Source: the human T2T-CHM13v2.0 reference genome, Homo sapiens
DNA: 64,000 nucleotides
Assembly (NCBI RefSeq): GCF_009914755.1
Contig: NC_060926.1
Strand: one strand, 5' to 3'
A program made the position numbers and the translations under genes. The first letter of the stretch is position 1, and every line of letters begins with the position of its first letter. Below, piece after piece: positions 15,961 through 30,956 of the stretch. A model generated the notes under the pieces. That model was not told the origin of the DNA. It did not search any database and worked only from the letters and a program-made list of their open reading frames with translations.

Positions 15961-17951
15961 AATGCATGTGTAAAGATGTCCCCAGTAGCACATTCTGGAT
16001 GCGTGCACTTGGATGCATGTTAAGTTATAGTTATATCTTACAGGCAGAAACGCATTAGAATAAAAACTAGTAACAAATACATGAAGAAAATTTATTCTTT
16101 ATTATAACCAATGACTCAAAAATTTAAAAATGAGAATTTCATCATACTAATTAATATTTATTATATTAGCCAACTTTTTCTAAGTGATGGCAACCAATAC
16201 AGGGAATTCTATGATAGAATTGATCCGGATTATAACTTGTCCAATTCTTTTATGTTTGTTATAATATGTAAATAAGAACTACATAAATGTTGAAACTGAA
16301 ACAATAATTTGATTTTGTGAAATCTGCCCCAAAGAATAAATGAACAAAAAAAGTGTATTATGAAATGTTACATAGCTTTAAAAGTTATGATTAAGAGCAA
16401 TTATTAATACCAAAAATGTTACAAGAGAATTACATTTTAAAAGCAGGCTATAAAATGGCATGTGATTATATAATACCATCACACAGGAACACAGACCACA
16501 AGGTGATATAGCAAATTAGAAGTAATTTTTGTGTTGCTAGGGAATTTTTGTTCCTCAGTATTTTTCACATTTCCTACTTATCAGGAAATCCATTAGCACT
16601 GAAAACAGGGATGCGCTTAAATGTACTACTTTGCAAATCTGCTCCCCTGAAATGAACCAGGGCAGCAGGCGCAGCCGGGGGCTTTCTGGGCTCTTCAGGA
16701 CAGTGCAGCGTGGCCCCCAAGCTGGCCCCTCGGCCTGGCTGCAGGTCTCAGCAGACCCTCTCTCCCAGTCTCCTGCCTCCACCTGGGCCCGCCTTTCTTC
16801 CCATAAAGCTGTTTTCCTTCTTGTGAAGACACAAGGCACAGCTTTCCAATGGGACTCAGCTCCTGGATGCACGCATCTCCTCTAGGTTCACCTCTTCCAG
16901 CCAGCGAGCACGCACAGGGCAGAGGGGGGATCCATGTTCCTCCCAAGCCCATGTCTCCTAATCTGGTACACTGCAATAGAAATGGTCTTTAACCTTCATT
17001 GCTAAGCCTGATGAGTCTTGAGATTTTCCCACATATCCTTATTTTATGGTTGATTCATAGAGTAGTGCAAGTACACATCTTCATGAACTGTTTTAACTCG
17101 GGGCTGTTCAAACAGGATGCCATCAACCACCATGAGCAAAATAAAGTAATGGCTGAAATTTATATTGCACCAGGCACTATGTGAAGTATTTTATACACTT
17201 GAGTGCCTTAATCCTTAAAACAGCCCTATAATATATTACTATTAATCACAATCTACAGGTGAAAAGATCGAGGCTTGAAGAGTGGAGGGCCTGGGCTCCT
17301 CCAGTTAGACACGGCACAGCCAGGCCTACAGGAGCCCCTGGTCCTGGCATGCGAGCTCTGCCGCCCCGCCACCTGCCCTGTGGATGCACTCTGCAGGGCG
17401 GCAGCAAGCCAGAGTGAGAGGCAGCTCCCAGCTGGAGGGAAGAACCAGTACCTCAACTCTCTGTTCTCAGGGCACCACCCTACACCCAGCTCACCTGAAA
17501 GTATAAACAACTGTTTTGTTGAATAAACATACGCAGGTACAGGCCGGCTCCGAAAACAAGCAATGCGAGAAAGAAACACCGTAACTAAGGTGAGTGCAAA
17601 AGATTACCAGGGCCCAAAAGAAAGACCCATTAACACCAGCTAGGCAGGTCTGCAAAGGCGGTCGCCCTGTGAGCAGTACTTAAATGTTACTTTAAACTTT
17701 TCAAGCCACATTGGATTTTTTAATGTGTTAATCGTTTATGATAAAGATCAAACTCATGTATTTTGAATCATCATTAAAATTTTTAAAGTTGATTTTACCA
17801 GTGCTGGGCTAAGGCTATAGGTGACACTGTAAAGATTTAGAATAAAGAGTTATAAAAATGTATTAGGAAGTCCATGAAGATGAACTTAATCACCTCTCCC
17901 TCCTTTTCTGCAAGAATCGGGGCTTGGAGAGAAATGCTGTGTGGCCACAGC

Positions 17952-18037
17952 CCAGGGCCAGGCTGCCGAGTACAGAGCTGTGGGGCCGGGCCACCGAGTA
18001 CAGAGCTGCAGGGCCAGGCTGCTGAGTACAGAGCTGA
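17952..18037. repeat. Short 28-bp tandem repeat, 3 copies
   Basis: GAGTACAGAGCTG recurs with a 28-bp period. Confidence 0.7.
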
Positions 18038-18116
18038 GGCCATCGCACTGTCCATTTCATCTGCGCTTCTAAACTGAAAGTTTAAAAACTCTTGAGAATT
18101 GAAAAAACAAAAAAAG

Positions 18117-18260
18117 GGCCAGGCACGGTGGCTCACACTTGTGATCCCAGCACTTTGCAGCGCTGAGGCAGGAGGAGGATGGCTTGAGCCCAGGAGGTCA
18201 AGACAAGCCTGGGCAACATGGCAAGATCCCATCTCTACAGAAAAAAATAAAAACAAAAAA
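18117..18260 (+). mobile_element. Alu left monomer (FLAM-like)
   Basis: Single monomer plus A-rich tail. Confidence 0.8.
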
Positions 18261-18774
18261 TACCACATATAAATAAGACTGGATATTAAAAAATCAAGAG
18301 GCACCCGCCTAGGGAAAGTGAATGATCCAATGGCTTCCCCAGAGGCAGGAGATTCCCTCGGCCGCTGATGGCAAACCCCCCAGCTCTCACCCTGACGGCC
18401 ACCAGGCAGATGACAGGAGACACCGTCCCTGCCACGTCATCCATGACTAAAACCCACCTGCCCAATGGCAATTCCTTAAGAGTTATGCAGAATACTGAAT
18501 ACTGCCTGTGACCAGATCCTGGACAGAACAAGCCATGGGCCCATATCGCTGCTTTTCTTTACCCCTGGTTACAGCATGTGACTCTGAAAACACAGTTTCT
18601 ACTCTAGTCGGCTTCACGCTTCAGCTCAGTGCTGACATGAACGTGACCTGCCAATCAAGAGACCTGGTTTCTCATTTGGATTCTGCCATTCCTGGCTGTG
18701 TGACCCTGGGCAAGTCACTAACCCTTTCTGGGCTCTTTGTATATCTGGGCCCCTCTCAGCATTTGTACATTTAG

Positions 18775-19056
<282 letters not shown>

Positions 19057-19521
19057 CCCATAAGCACTGGAAAATCTAACATACTTAATAACTCTTTTTC
19101 CAGTGCTTATGAGCCCCATACAATAACCAGCATTTCCCTAAACATATTAATACTTCTCTCTTAGGCAATTAAAGCATAGGGTATTAATAGCCCTTGCCCA
19201 TGAAGCCCAAACAGTACACTCGGCAGTGGGAGAGAAAAAAGACTCCACATTCCAGAAGCTCCCTGTGCCCCAGAAGCACGTTGCTCAGAACTGTGCAGAA
19301 AGTGACACAGCCTGTGCAGTGCGTGGTCAAGGGCTGCGGGGGAGGCTGGAACCTAACTGGGTCACTGGAATGCCACCAGCTGCTTCTGGTAGCAGAGAAC
19401 GGGGCTGAAGTACCGGCTCTTCCTTCCAGTGGGGAGCTGCCTCTCACTCTAAAAATCAGAAAGATACAAGTAGAACTCTATAAAAAAAAAATTATTGGGG
19501 CATAATCAATATATTGAGACC

Positions 19522-19840
19522 AGGCCAGGTGCAGTGGCTCACACCTATAACCCCAGCACTTTGGGACTGTGGATCACCTGAGATGGTGAGGTGGGTGGAT
19601 CACCTGAGGTCAGGAGTTCAAGACTAGCCTGGCCAACACGGTGAAACCCCGTCTCTACTAAAAATATAAAAATTAGCCGGGCATGGTGGTGCACGCCTGT
19701 GATCCCCGCTATTCAGGAGGCCGAGGCAGGAGAATCACTTGAAACTGGGAGGCAGAGGTTTTAGTAAGCTGAGGTCACACCACGGCACTCCAGCCTAGGC
19801 AATAGAGCGAGACTCTGTCTGGAAAAAAAAAAAGAAAAAG
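19522..19840 (+). mobile_element. AluS with a small internal duplication (GTGGATCACCTGAG twice)
   Basis: Alu consensus. Confidence 0.9.
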
Positions 19841-21065
19841 TAAGAAAAATATGTATATATATAGTGAGACCAAAATTCTCAGAAAGCAAAGTGGGGTACA
19901 ATTCACAGAAGAAAATAAAAAAGAAAGTGCACAGTGGGAGGTGGCACCGTGGCACTACACTTCTGTTTCTCTTTACACGGATGCACATGTAGGAAGGGAA
20001 TGCGGCCCCGGGGCACCACGCTTATCTTTCCCTAGATCTAGCTTGGTGCACACAGAAGAGGGAAATAGGGCACCATGTTAATCTTTCTCTTGGTTTATAC
20101 TGGTGCACACATATGACTTGCTCTTGGTACAGAAGTCCAGTGAAAACCACCACCACCACCACCACCGTGCCAGAGAAATGCGTTAAGGAAACCCTTATGA
20201 AACAGATGACTGGGGAAACCCTATGATCCAGAGTCCACACCACTTCTCCCAGCATGTTTTGTTCATCCGAAGTAGTGACAGACACCCTGCCCACCCCCTA
20301 CACCCCACAAACCGAGCATAGGCCCATGCGGGAGGGCCACCACTCGGGAGCTGGCCCAAGGGCGGCAGCAGGGCCCATGGGAGATTCTGGGCATTGACTC
20401 CTTGTGACTCTGGTGGGATAGACGAAACTGGCTGTGGGTTTTGACCCAATGCTCGTTGATATGGACACCAGGGAATCTGATGGAATTTGCAGCAAAATCC
20501 CGGAAGTGGATGGCCAGGCATGGGGTTTCTGGATAGCGTGACTTCTCTAGACAGAAAGCCAATGTTTGTCTGAAAATGTAATAGATGCCCAATAGAACAT
20601 CACAAGGTTTACTTGTGAAAAGTGAGTATATTTGCTGCAGTAGAACTAATTCTTACAAAAGTTTGTGACTTTCCTTAAAATACATCCATCCAACAACCTG
20701 CTCAGCACCAGGCATCGAAAGGACACAGCAGTGAATGGTCCTTGGCCTCACAATATGTGTCAGGGATCGCAAGGTGTCAAGGAATTTGGAGAAAAATAAA
20801 TACACAATAGAAGTAACAGGAATCCTATAACATGAAGACTTATTTTAGAGGCATGCATACACAAAGACAGACAAGACTAGAGAAAAGGCATCAATTAGTT
20901 CCAGCTCAGGAATTGAAAAGGGGGCAGAAAAGGAAAGACTTCACAGAAAAGACGATAGAAGCTGTTTGTAGGAGAGATCAGGACTCAAAAACCTTGGACA
21001 AAAATCATAAATTTCTCCTCAAACCCAAAGAGCCCTTCCAGCTGAACACTTGCAGGAATGTCACC

Positions 21066-21452
21066 TGACATAGTTTGGAAATTTGTCCCTTTCGAAATCT
21101 CATGTTGAATTGTAATCCCCAGTGCTGGAGGCAGGGCCTGGTTAGGAGGTGTTTAGATCCTGGGGACAGATGCCTCATGGCTGGGTGCTGTCTTCATGAT
21201 AGCGAGTTCTTCTGATATCTGGCCATTGAAGCATGTGGCACTCCCCCTCACTCTTTGCTCCCGCCCTCGCCATGTGATGTGCCTGCTCCCACTTCGCCTT
21301 CCACCGTGACTGGAAGCTTCCTGAGGCCGTCGCAGAAGCAGATGCCAGAGCCATGCTTCCTGTATGGCCTGCAGAACCATGAAACCTCTTTTCTTCATGA
21401 ATTACCCAGTCTCGGGTATTTCTACATAGCAATGCAAGAATGGCCTAATACA
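21066..21452 (+). mobile_element. MST-type MaLR LTR
   Basis: TGACATAGTTTGG...AATCTCATGTTGAATTGTAATCCCC...CTAATACA. Confidence 0.8.
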
Positions 21453-21469
21453 CCAACAGACCTGAGGGT

Positions 21470-21814
21470 GTGATATGGTTTGACTATGTCCCCACCCAAA
21501 TCTCATCTTGAATTCCCATGTGTTGTGGGACGAACCTGGTGGGAGACAATCGAATCATGGGGGCAGTTCTTTCCCATGCTGTTCTCCTAATAGTGAATAA
21601 GTCTCATGAGATCTGATGGTTTTATAAGGTGGAGTTTCCCTGCACAAGCTCTCTTTGCCTGCCGCCATCCACGTAAGATGTGACTTGCTCCTCCTTGCCT
21701 TCCACCATGATTGTGAGGCCTCCCCAGCCATGTGGAACTGTGAGTCCATTAAACCTCTTTTTCTTTCCCGTCTCGGGTATGTCTTTATCAGCAGCATGAA
21801 AACAGACTGATACA
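21470..21814 (+). mobile_element. THE1-type MaLR LTR, immediately after the MST LTR
   Basis: TGATATGGTTTG...AAATCTCATCTTGAATTCCCATG...GCAGCATGAAAACAGACTGATACA. Confidence 0.85.
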
Positions 21815-23709
21815 GGGTCAAACTGATTCTTCAAGAGTGAGGGAAAAGGGGAATATCAGAGAGCACTTTGTATGTTAGATCTGAACTTGAAAGCTGGAAA
21901 AAAACAATTAAAGAATTTCCAAGTATGGCAGACCATCTAGGGATGTACCCTAAAAATACAGGACCCCTGAAGATGAAGTTCACACTGAAGACAGTAAGAA
22001 ACAGAAATGCGAGTCAGGGACGCTTAGTGACAGGCTGGAGCCTCTGGATCAGGCCTCATCGAAAGGAAGCCAGGCTACCCTGTGATGCTTCAGTGGGCAA
22101 CTAGGTCCTTTTACCATTAAAGGAAGAGAGAAGGGTGAGGGAGGAAAGAGCAGGAGCAGCGGGGAAGAAATCAAGGCTCAGTTAGCCTAGAGTGGGGCTG
22201 GGAATCTGAATGTTGACCAAGCACCCTGGTGATTCTGAGCACAGGTGAGAACAGGACTTGCAGGCGGGGGGGCTGCAGGAACAAAGTTGTCACCAATCAG
22301 AGGCGCTGCAGGAACAAAGCTATCACGAATCAAAACAGATGCAGAACCAGATGCAGAACCGCGCAGCTTAGCTGAGAAACTAAGACGTTAGCCAGGGGAG
22401 GAAACGAGCTGCTCTGTCGCTGCCCTTCTGTGACATCAGTCTTTTCACTGACGAGGACCCTGGTCACCGGGGCAATGCTTCCATGTTAGAAGAGGCAAAG
22501 CCGGTCCTCTCTGTCACCATGGCACTCCCAGAGGTCTCCAGAGGAAGATTAAGACTCATCTCTTATCTACATGAGAAAGAGGGGGGCACCAATATACAGG
22601 GAAAGTCTGTGGGAAATGCAGAAGCACTTACAGGCCTCAGGTCGCGGTTCCTCATCCCTGCCCATGCTAAGCCATGATCACACCCCCCAGGAAGAACTCC
22701 AGCTCCTCCTCAAAGGAGAACCCCAGAAAGCGAGCAAGGACCCCAGAAATCCTTGTCCCGCCTAAGCACAGGGAGCTATGACAGAGTCCTGTCCCACAGG
22801 AGGAAACAGACACAAATCAGTTCATCCCTCAGAGGAAAGTCAGCAACTGTGACAGTCCCCACATTTTCAGAAAGATAGCGCAGCTGCATTATGCAGTAAC
22901 GATGCAGGTACCGGGCATTTTCCAGGGAATCAACGACTGAAAGGAGCGAGGACCTGAGGCAACACCAGGAGCTATTAACCCTTCCCAGCCACCACTCCCC
23001 AGGAGAGCTGGAGCTCCAGAGTGAGGGATGGCGGCTTCCGACTGTGCAGGAGGAGACCAGACTCCGTTGTCACAGAAGGCAGGGGCAGGGCTGCAGTCCA
23101 CAGCCAGTGGAGCCTTCCCGGCGTCTCTCCTGGTCTGTGCACATGCGCACAGGCGGGCTGCTCGCAGCCGGAACCATGGGGCCCAGGCTGTTCAGGATGG
23201 AGCTGTCCTGATTTTCAGGACATCTCACCCCAGAGACACGGCATGGCAACAGCACGGGTGCACCCTTTCCACGTGTGTCTGTACAAAAGTGTACACTTCA
23301 GGTGCAAGAGCATACCCATGGCACATGCCTCAGAGCTGAACTGCAAATTCAAAGGAGAGGGAAGCGAGCAGAGAGAGGCAGACATGCAGGTTTCAGTCCC
23401 GATTCTGCCACGCACCAGCTCCACACTGCGTGGGGCCACCTGCCTCACCAGAAAACCTGTTCTGCTGACTGAGGCAGCATGTGGGAACCAGCCCTAACCG
23501 GCCCTGCTCCAGTACCAGCTGCCTCCTCCAGCCACTCACCCACCTCCCCGACTCCACAAGCCTCAGCCAACTGTGAGCCCTGGGAAGAGTGTGAGCGCAG
23601 GGACTACTTTACTGATCACGGTGCCAGCACCGCCCACACAGCCAGCTCCAGGGAGGCTCCAAACAGACCCAGGGCAAACAGCAGCCAAAGAACTGCACAA
23701 TACCACCAC

Positions 23710-24685
<976 letters not shown>

Positions 24686-25202
24686 CAGATGGTAATACTA
24701 ATAGTACTATGAATAACTGCTTGTCCATTTCACCATTTCACTAAACACTGAACTCAGGACACGAATATCTGTTCAGGTTTTGTGTACCCAGCACATAAAA
24801 AAGAGGAATTAAAGAGTTCTGTTATTCTATGAAGTAAGCATTTGTTGAGTGGATGAATGAATGAACAGCTCAACAATGTCACATGCCTTTACCAGAAACA
24901 GAAAGACAAAACCAGCAAGTCAAAAACACAGCTTCATACCTACCATACGGATTCACACACAGACAACTGCAGGCAAGTGTGGAAATACATGAGGTATGTA
25001 ATAAAACATACTGTTGACTCAAAAAAATAAGATCCTGGCAAACTAATCTGAGTAATTATCAGAACTCTTCAATTTAGAAGAAAGGAGACAGAAAAACTGG
25101 AAAGCTTCTTTAAAATAATTAATTGAATGTTACTTCGTTCCAAAAAAAAAAAAAAAAAAACAAATTAAGGTAGATTAAAACACTTTCTGTCATTTTGGGC
25201 GA

Positions 25203-25497
25203 TTTTTTTTTTTTTAGACAGAGTCTCGCTCTGTCACCCAGCCTGGAGTGCAGTGGTGCGATCTCGGCTCACTGCAACCTCCATCTTCCCAGTTGTCAAG
25301 TGATTCTCATGCCTCAGCCTTCCAAGTAGCTGGGATTACAGGTGCGTGCCACCACACCCAGCTAATTTTTGTATTTTTAGTAGAGACAGGGTTTCACCAT
25401 GTTGGCCAGGCTGGTCTTGAACTCTTCATCTCAAGTGATCCACCCGCCTTGGCCTCCCAAAGTGCTGGGACTACATGCGTGAGCAACCACACCTGGC
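25203..25497 (-). mobile_element. AluS
   Basis: Reverse-complement Alu consensus. Confidence 0.9.
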
Positions 25498-26165
25498 CTC
25501 TTCTTATTTCTTCTATTTTGATAACTTTGGTACCAATGGTTCTTCATTAATGTCATTACCAAATGGAAATGCCATTACTACATTCTGGCTAAGAGCAGGT
25601 ACACAGTAATTTACTCATAACTATCATGCTTTCCATGGCCCCATTTTGTGTTGAATTCCTGGGTTTCTGCTGACTTCTGCTTTCTGAAGCTGCATTTGGA
25701 AGGCAGACTGGCGTGCCTCCCATCCTATCTCTGTGCCACTATCTCCCATGTGGGTTTTACTCCCCAACTCCCCTGTAGGCACCATCCCTGAAACCACAGG
25801 CCATCTTCATGGTGGGTCCTCCTTCCTTTTCAGGTGGCCACTGGTAACTATTTTTATAAATAAGTAATTCCCTTCTTATATTTTTTCCAGTAGAAAAGTA
25901 ACACACATACATACATACACATTCGGAAAACAAAACATTAGAAAGAAAAGAATTTTACATCCTGAATAGATGTTGCCCCCACCTCATCCCAATTTGAGGT
26001 TTTGCTTTCTCAGGTTTCAGTTACCTGTGGTCAAGTGTAACACAAAAATATTAAATGAAAAATTCCAGAAATAAGCAATTCATAAGTCTAAATCACATAC
26101 CATTCTGAGTAGTGTGGTGAAGTCTGGAGCCATCCCACTCCATCCCACCCGAAACGTGAGTCATC

Positions 26166-26725
26166 CCTTTGATCAGCATATCCATGCTACAGAAGCGACC
26201 TGCCCCTGAGCCACCCACACTGTCTGTTCCGGACACCTTTGATCAGCATATCCATGCTACAGAAGCGACCTGCCCCTGAGCCACCCACACTGTCTGTTCC
26301 GGACACCTTTGATCAGCATATCCATGCTACAGAAGCGACCTGCCCCTGAGCCACCCACACTGTCTGTTCCGGACACCTTTGATCAGCATATCCATGCTAC
26401 AGAAGCGACCTGCCCCTGAGCCATCCATACTGTCTGTTCCCGACACCTTTGATCAGCATATCCATGCTACAGAAGCGACCTGCCCCTGAGCCACCCACAC
26501 TGTCTGTTCCGGACACCTTTGATCAGCATATCCATGCTACAGAAGCTACCTGCCCCTGAGCCATCCACACTGTCTGTTCCCGACACCTTTGATCAGCATA
26601 TCCATGCTACAGAAGCTACCTGCCCCTGAGCCAACCACACTGTCTGTTCCCGACACCTTTGATCAGCATATCCATGCTACAGAAGCTACCTGCCCCTGAG
26701 CCACCCACACTGTCTGTTCCTGACA
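26166..26725. repeat. 70-bp minisatellite, 8 copies, inside MER44
   Basis: GATCAGCATA recurs at 26171, 26241, 26311, 26381, 26451, 26521, 26591 and 26661. Confidence 0.95.
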
Positions 26726-26912
26726 TCCAACCATCAACACCTTATGGCTTGATGATCCAGATCACCCAAAACAGATACTCCTGCTGTTGACATATCCTCT
26801 GAAGGTCAGTAATAGCCTAACGCTACATCACAATGCCTATGTCATTCCCCTCACTTCATCTCATCACACAGGCCTTATATTATTGCACATCTTCTCAAGA
26901 AAAAGGATGAGT

Positions 26913-27207
26913 GGCTGGGCGCAGTGGCTCACGCCTGTAATCCCAACACTTTGGGAGGCTGAGGCCAGCAGATAACCTGAGGTCAGGAGTTTGAGACCAG
27001 CCTGGCCAACGTGGTGAAACCCCGTCTCTACTAAAAATACAAAAATTAGCTGGGCGTGGTGGTGCATGCCTGTAATCCCAGCCACTCAGGAGGCTGAGGC
27101 AGGAGAATCACTTCAACCTGGGAGGCGGAGGTTGCAGTGAGCTGAGATCGTGCCATTGCACTCTAGCCTGGGCAACAGAGTGAAACTCTGTCTCAAAAAA
27201 ACAAAAA
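26913..27207 (+). mobile_element. AluS inside MER44
   Basis: Alu consensus. Confidence 0.9.
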
Positions 27208-28747
27208 CCAGAAGAAGGGTGAGTATAGTACAGTAAGGTGTTCTGACAGACAGAGACCATATTCATATAACTTTCGTAACTAATAATCATTGTGTTTTTA
27301 TTAGTTATGTTGTTAAGCTTTTGTTGTGCCTAACTTATACCTTAAACTTTACCTATATGTAAGTATAGGAAAAAGCATGTTATGTTTAGGGTTCAGTACT
27401 CACCAAGGTTTCCTGGCATCCGCTGGGTGGTCTTGGAACACATCCCCTGTGAAAAGCATCTGAAGATAACCCTTGGCTCAATTTTTAGTCCTTTTTGGCC
27501 TATTTCCTTCCAGTCTTTATTCTAAGAAGAGATTCAATTGTGCACTTTGCTTTTTTACACCACGTTGATCATACTGTAAGCACAATTTTAACATCCCACC
27601 AAATCATCTAACGATTCTTAAGTTGTCATGTTTCTTAGGAGTCTATAACTTTTAATGAGTGTAATAAGGGAATACTATTCACTGTGAGTAACCAGATTCA
27701 ACCTGAGGGAAGTGTATGAATCTGCCATTACAAGTGGCAATTTCATATTGTTCAACCTAACATTCACGCATTTTGATATTCTGATTGCTTGTAAGTTTTT
27801 ATAACTATAAGTATCATTATAATTAATATTCTTCGTGTATAATGATTTTTCCTAGGTTTGGGATACAGGAATTACAGATTAAGTATATAAACATTTATTT
27901 ATGAAGCTCTAAGGATGTATCACTGAACTAGTTGCCAATGACTATGCTGACTTTAAATCTTTATCGACATACGAGAGTGACAGTTTCACTACATCCTATC
28001 CAGGCCTGCGTATTCTTCGACAGCTATTTGAATGCCATTTCCCCTGTGTGATCAGATAAGCCGGACAGAAGCCCTAGACCATGTCTGACATGGCCTCCCG
28101 CACATTTTCCCAGTGTCAAAGACAATGCACATCTTTGCAATCACCACGGCATCTCATTTTAATCTCCACTTTAGCAATAAGAAAATGGAGTCCAGCAAGG
28201 GGAATCCGTGTGCTCAAGGTCACGTGGTTACTGCCAGGCCATGAACCGAATCCGATCTCCTAAGTGTCCGCTACAGTGACCAGAACACCAAAGGGTCCCA
28301 TCTGTATCCCCACCTGGATCAAGGGGCAGTGACAGATCAAGTGGCCTGGGTCAAGTGGGGATGAGGTTGTGACACACCCCACACTCACCTAGAAAGAGTT
28401 CTATGAGCAATTAAAGAAGTAATCCACAGGCCAAGAAGAAGGGGTAGTGGTGACCACATATCCTTGCTTCTCAATTGCTCATAAAGCCAAATCTATATAA
28501 CCACAAGAGCCAAACAAGACTACGGAAGTCATGCCAAACAGAGGAAGTTTAAATTACTGAACACAGTCGATACATATAGATGGATAATATTCTTTGATTT
28601 GAAGATAGACTTAAATCCAAATGAAAGTTTTATTTTGTTTATGTGGCATTAATTTCTCAAATGTTGCTGGAAAATCAGAGCAAAATGGTTATAAAACTAA
28701 GAATAGGCTTAGTAATTATCATGTATACATTTGTCAAAAATAGTTAC

Positions 28748-28831
28748 CTGATTATCATATTTAAGAGACTGCGTCCCAACCAAAAACCGAATGGCATCTG
28801 TTTCTGCAGTTTGAGGTGTTAAGGCACGTGC
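28748..28831 (-). CDS. EIPR1: EIPR1 coding exon 2 (84 nt), [28 protein letters not shown]
   Basis: Polypyrimidine tract plus ctcctgcag acceptor, CAG|gtaact donor, phase 0/0. Continues exon 1 in frame. Confidence 0.97.
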
Positions 28832-29709
28832 CTGCAGGAGGGAAGAAAAACACATGCACATTTATGAAGTTAGATTTAATAGAGATTAAAAAGGCAGTTT
28901 ATCTCATCTACTGTTGATAAAGTATAAATTAGTACAGAGTGTCTGGAAAGCAATTTAGAAATATGTATTAAATGCCTTTGACTTTTGCACACTTTCAACA
29001 CAATTCCACTTCAAATTTGCATATGGAAATCATTGTAAATGGGTACAAAATTAAGTAATAAAGATGTAAATTATCTACACATCAATGTTTAAATTAATTT
29101 TTAGTAAAACTATTATTTCAACAGTAAAAGACTGGTTAAACAAATTATACTTCAACAATACAGCAGAAAATAGCTTCCAGCAATAGCAGAGTAGGGGGTT
29201 TAAACCAACTCTTCTGCAGATAACAACTAGAAAAACTAAAAGAATAACCTGAATCTGTTTCACAGCCTCAGATAACTACCAAGGCAACAAAGAAATGCCA
29301 AGATCCAGGACAGGAGGAAGCCTAGGGGGGAAGCCCAGCACCTGGTCACGCTTCACCTAAAGGCACCTGCCAGTCTGGAAAGCCTGGCTGATAGGCTGAT
29401 GCTGACGAGAGCTTTGACAGACTCGTGGAGCTCAGGGCACAAAAACCCAAGCACAGGGCCCACCTGGGAGAAGAGCCTGTAAAGCACTAACCCCACAGGT
29501 GTACAGCCCAGGAGTGAAGGCAAATGAGAATCAGACCAACCTGCACAGGCTAAAGCTCCAAGTCATCTCAATCCTGATTGGAGCAGGCCAGTGCTCTTAG
29601 GCTAGCCAGCCTCCTGCCAGAAGTCAGTCCTCTGGAGGAAGATAACATCCCAAGTCTAAAATCTGACACTGAAAAATGTTCAACATTTAATCAAAAATAG
29701 CCAGTCATA

Positions 29710-30015
29710 AGGCCAAGCATGGTGGCTCACACCTCTAATCTCAGCACTTTGGGAGCCTGAGGCAGTAAGATCACTTGAGGCCAGGAGTTCTGGCCAACCA
29801 ATCTGGGCAATATAGCAAGACTCTATCTCTGCAAAATAAATTGTAAAAATCATCTGGTGGCTCGTGCCTGTTGACTTAGCTGCTCAAGAGGCTGGGGCAG
29901 GAGGATCACTCGAGCCCAGGAGTTTGAGGTTACATAAGCCATGATCAAACCACTGCACTCTAGCCTGGGTGACCGAACAAGACCCTGTCTAAATAAAATA
30001 AAATAAAATAAAATG
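29710..30015 (+). mobile_element. AluJ-like
   Basis: Diverged Alu with a (TAAAA)n tail. Confidence 0.85.
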
Positions 30016-30956
30016 AATAAATAATTAAAATAGCCAGTCATACAATAAAACAAAACCACATGATCAAAAACCAAAAGAAACAACAACCAACAGAAAAACG
30101 GCTACCGAGGATTCAAACAGGGTCCCTGGGAAGCAAGCTCTAAAGTTCTAACGGTATCTAAAGGAGACTTACTAGCGAGTGCTCTTGGGAACTATTCCAT
30201 GTTGGGGTGAAGGAGGAAGGGCTGGGCTGAGGGAGAAGATGAAATGCATCACATCTGCAATGGAGGTCTCAGCCAATCCAATGGGGAGCTCTGGAGCCGG
30301 ACGGCCCTTCAGAGTTAAGGCCAGATGGCCGGGGTTTTATACCACCCAACCCCTACCCCCATGGGTCAGTCACTGGATGCAGGCTTTTCCTGAGGAGGGG
30401 TGTGACCTTGCGCAAAGTGCCTCTGTTCAGCTGAGGGCAATTCCTGGAGCAGGGCCCAGCTGAGAGCTATCAGCCCCCAGCAATCTCAGAAGTGGCTGGA
30501 TTTCCTGAAAGAGAAACGTAGGCTGTATACAACAGCCTGAATTGCAATAGCTATGGTTAATATGTTTAATAATTAGAAGATAAAACTAAGATCTCAGGTG
30601 ATGAATCTGAGGCTTAGAGGAAAAAGTTGTACAACTGGTTACTAGAGCTGTGACTAGCACTGCAGGCTTATAAATTCAAATCCATCTGTTTTAGGACAAG
30701 CATTAACTGCACCTGGATCAAGTTCCCGTGGCCAGCATAATAATGGCCCTCCACCCATATCCACATTCTAATCCCCAGAACCTGTGAATGTGAACTTACG
30801 CGGTAAAGGGACTCTGCTGATGTGCTTAGATTAAGGACCTTGAGATGAGGAGGCTCTCCTGGATTATTTAATCGCATGGGTCACTGAAATCAGAAAACCT
30901 TCCCTGGCTGTAGCCCCAGAGAAATGTGACCACAGAAAAGAGAATCAGAGAGGTGG

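Larger units (their letters stand above)
25975..27452 (+). mobile_element. MER44 (Tigger-family DNA transposon remnant) interrupted by a VNTR and an Alu
   Basis: GGTTTCAGTTACCTGTGGTCAA...AAAATTCCAGAAATAA 5' part and GGCATCC...GGTCTTGGAAC..ATCCCCTGTG 3' end resemble recalled MER44. Confidence 0.7.

Noticed and set aside
21719-21731. PRDM9 hotspot motif in the THE1 LTR
   Set aside because: Reads CCTCCCCAGCCAT, not the hotspot-associated CCTCCCTNNCCAC.
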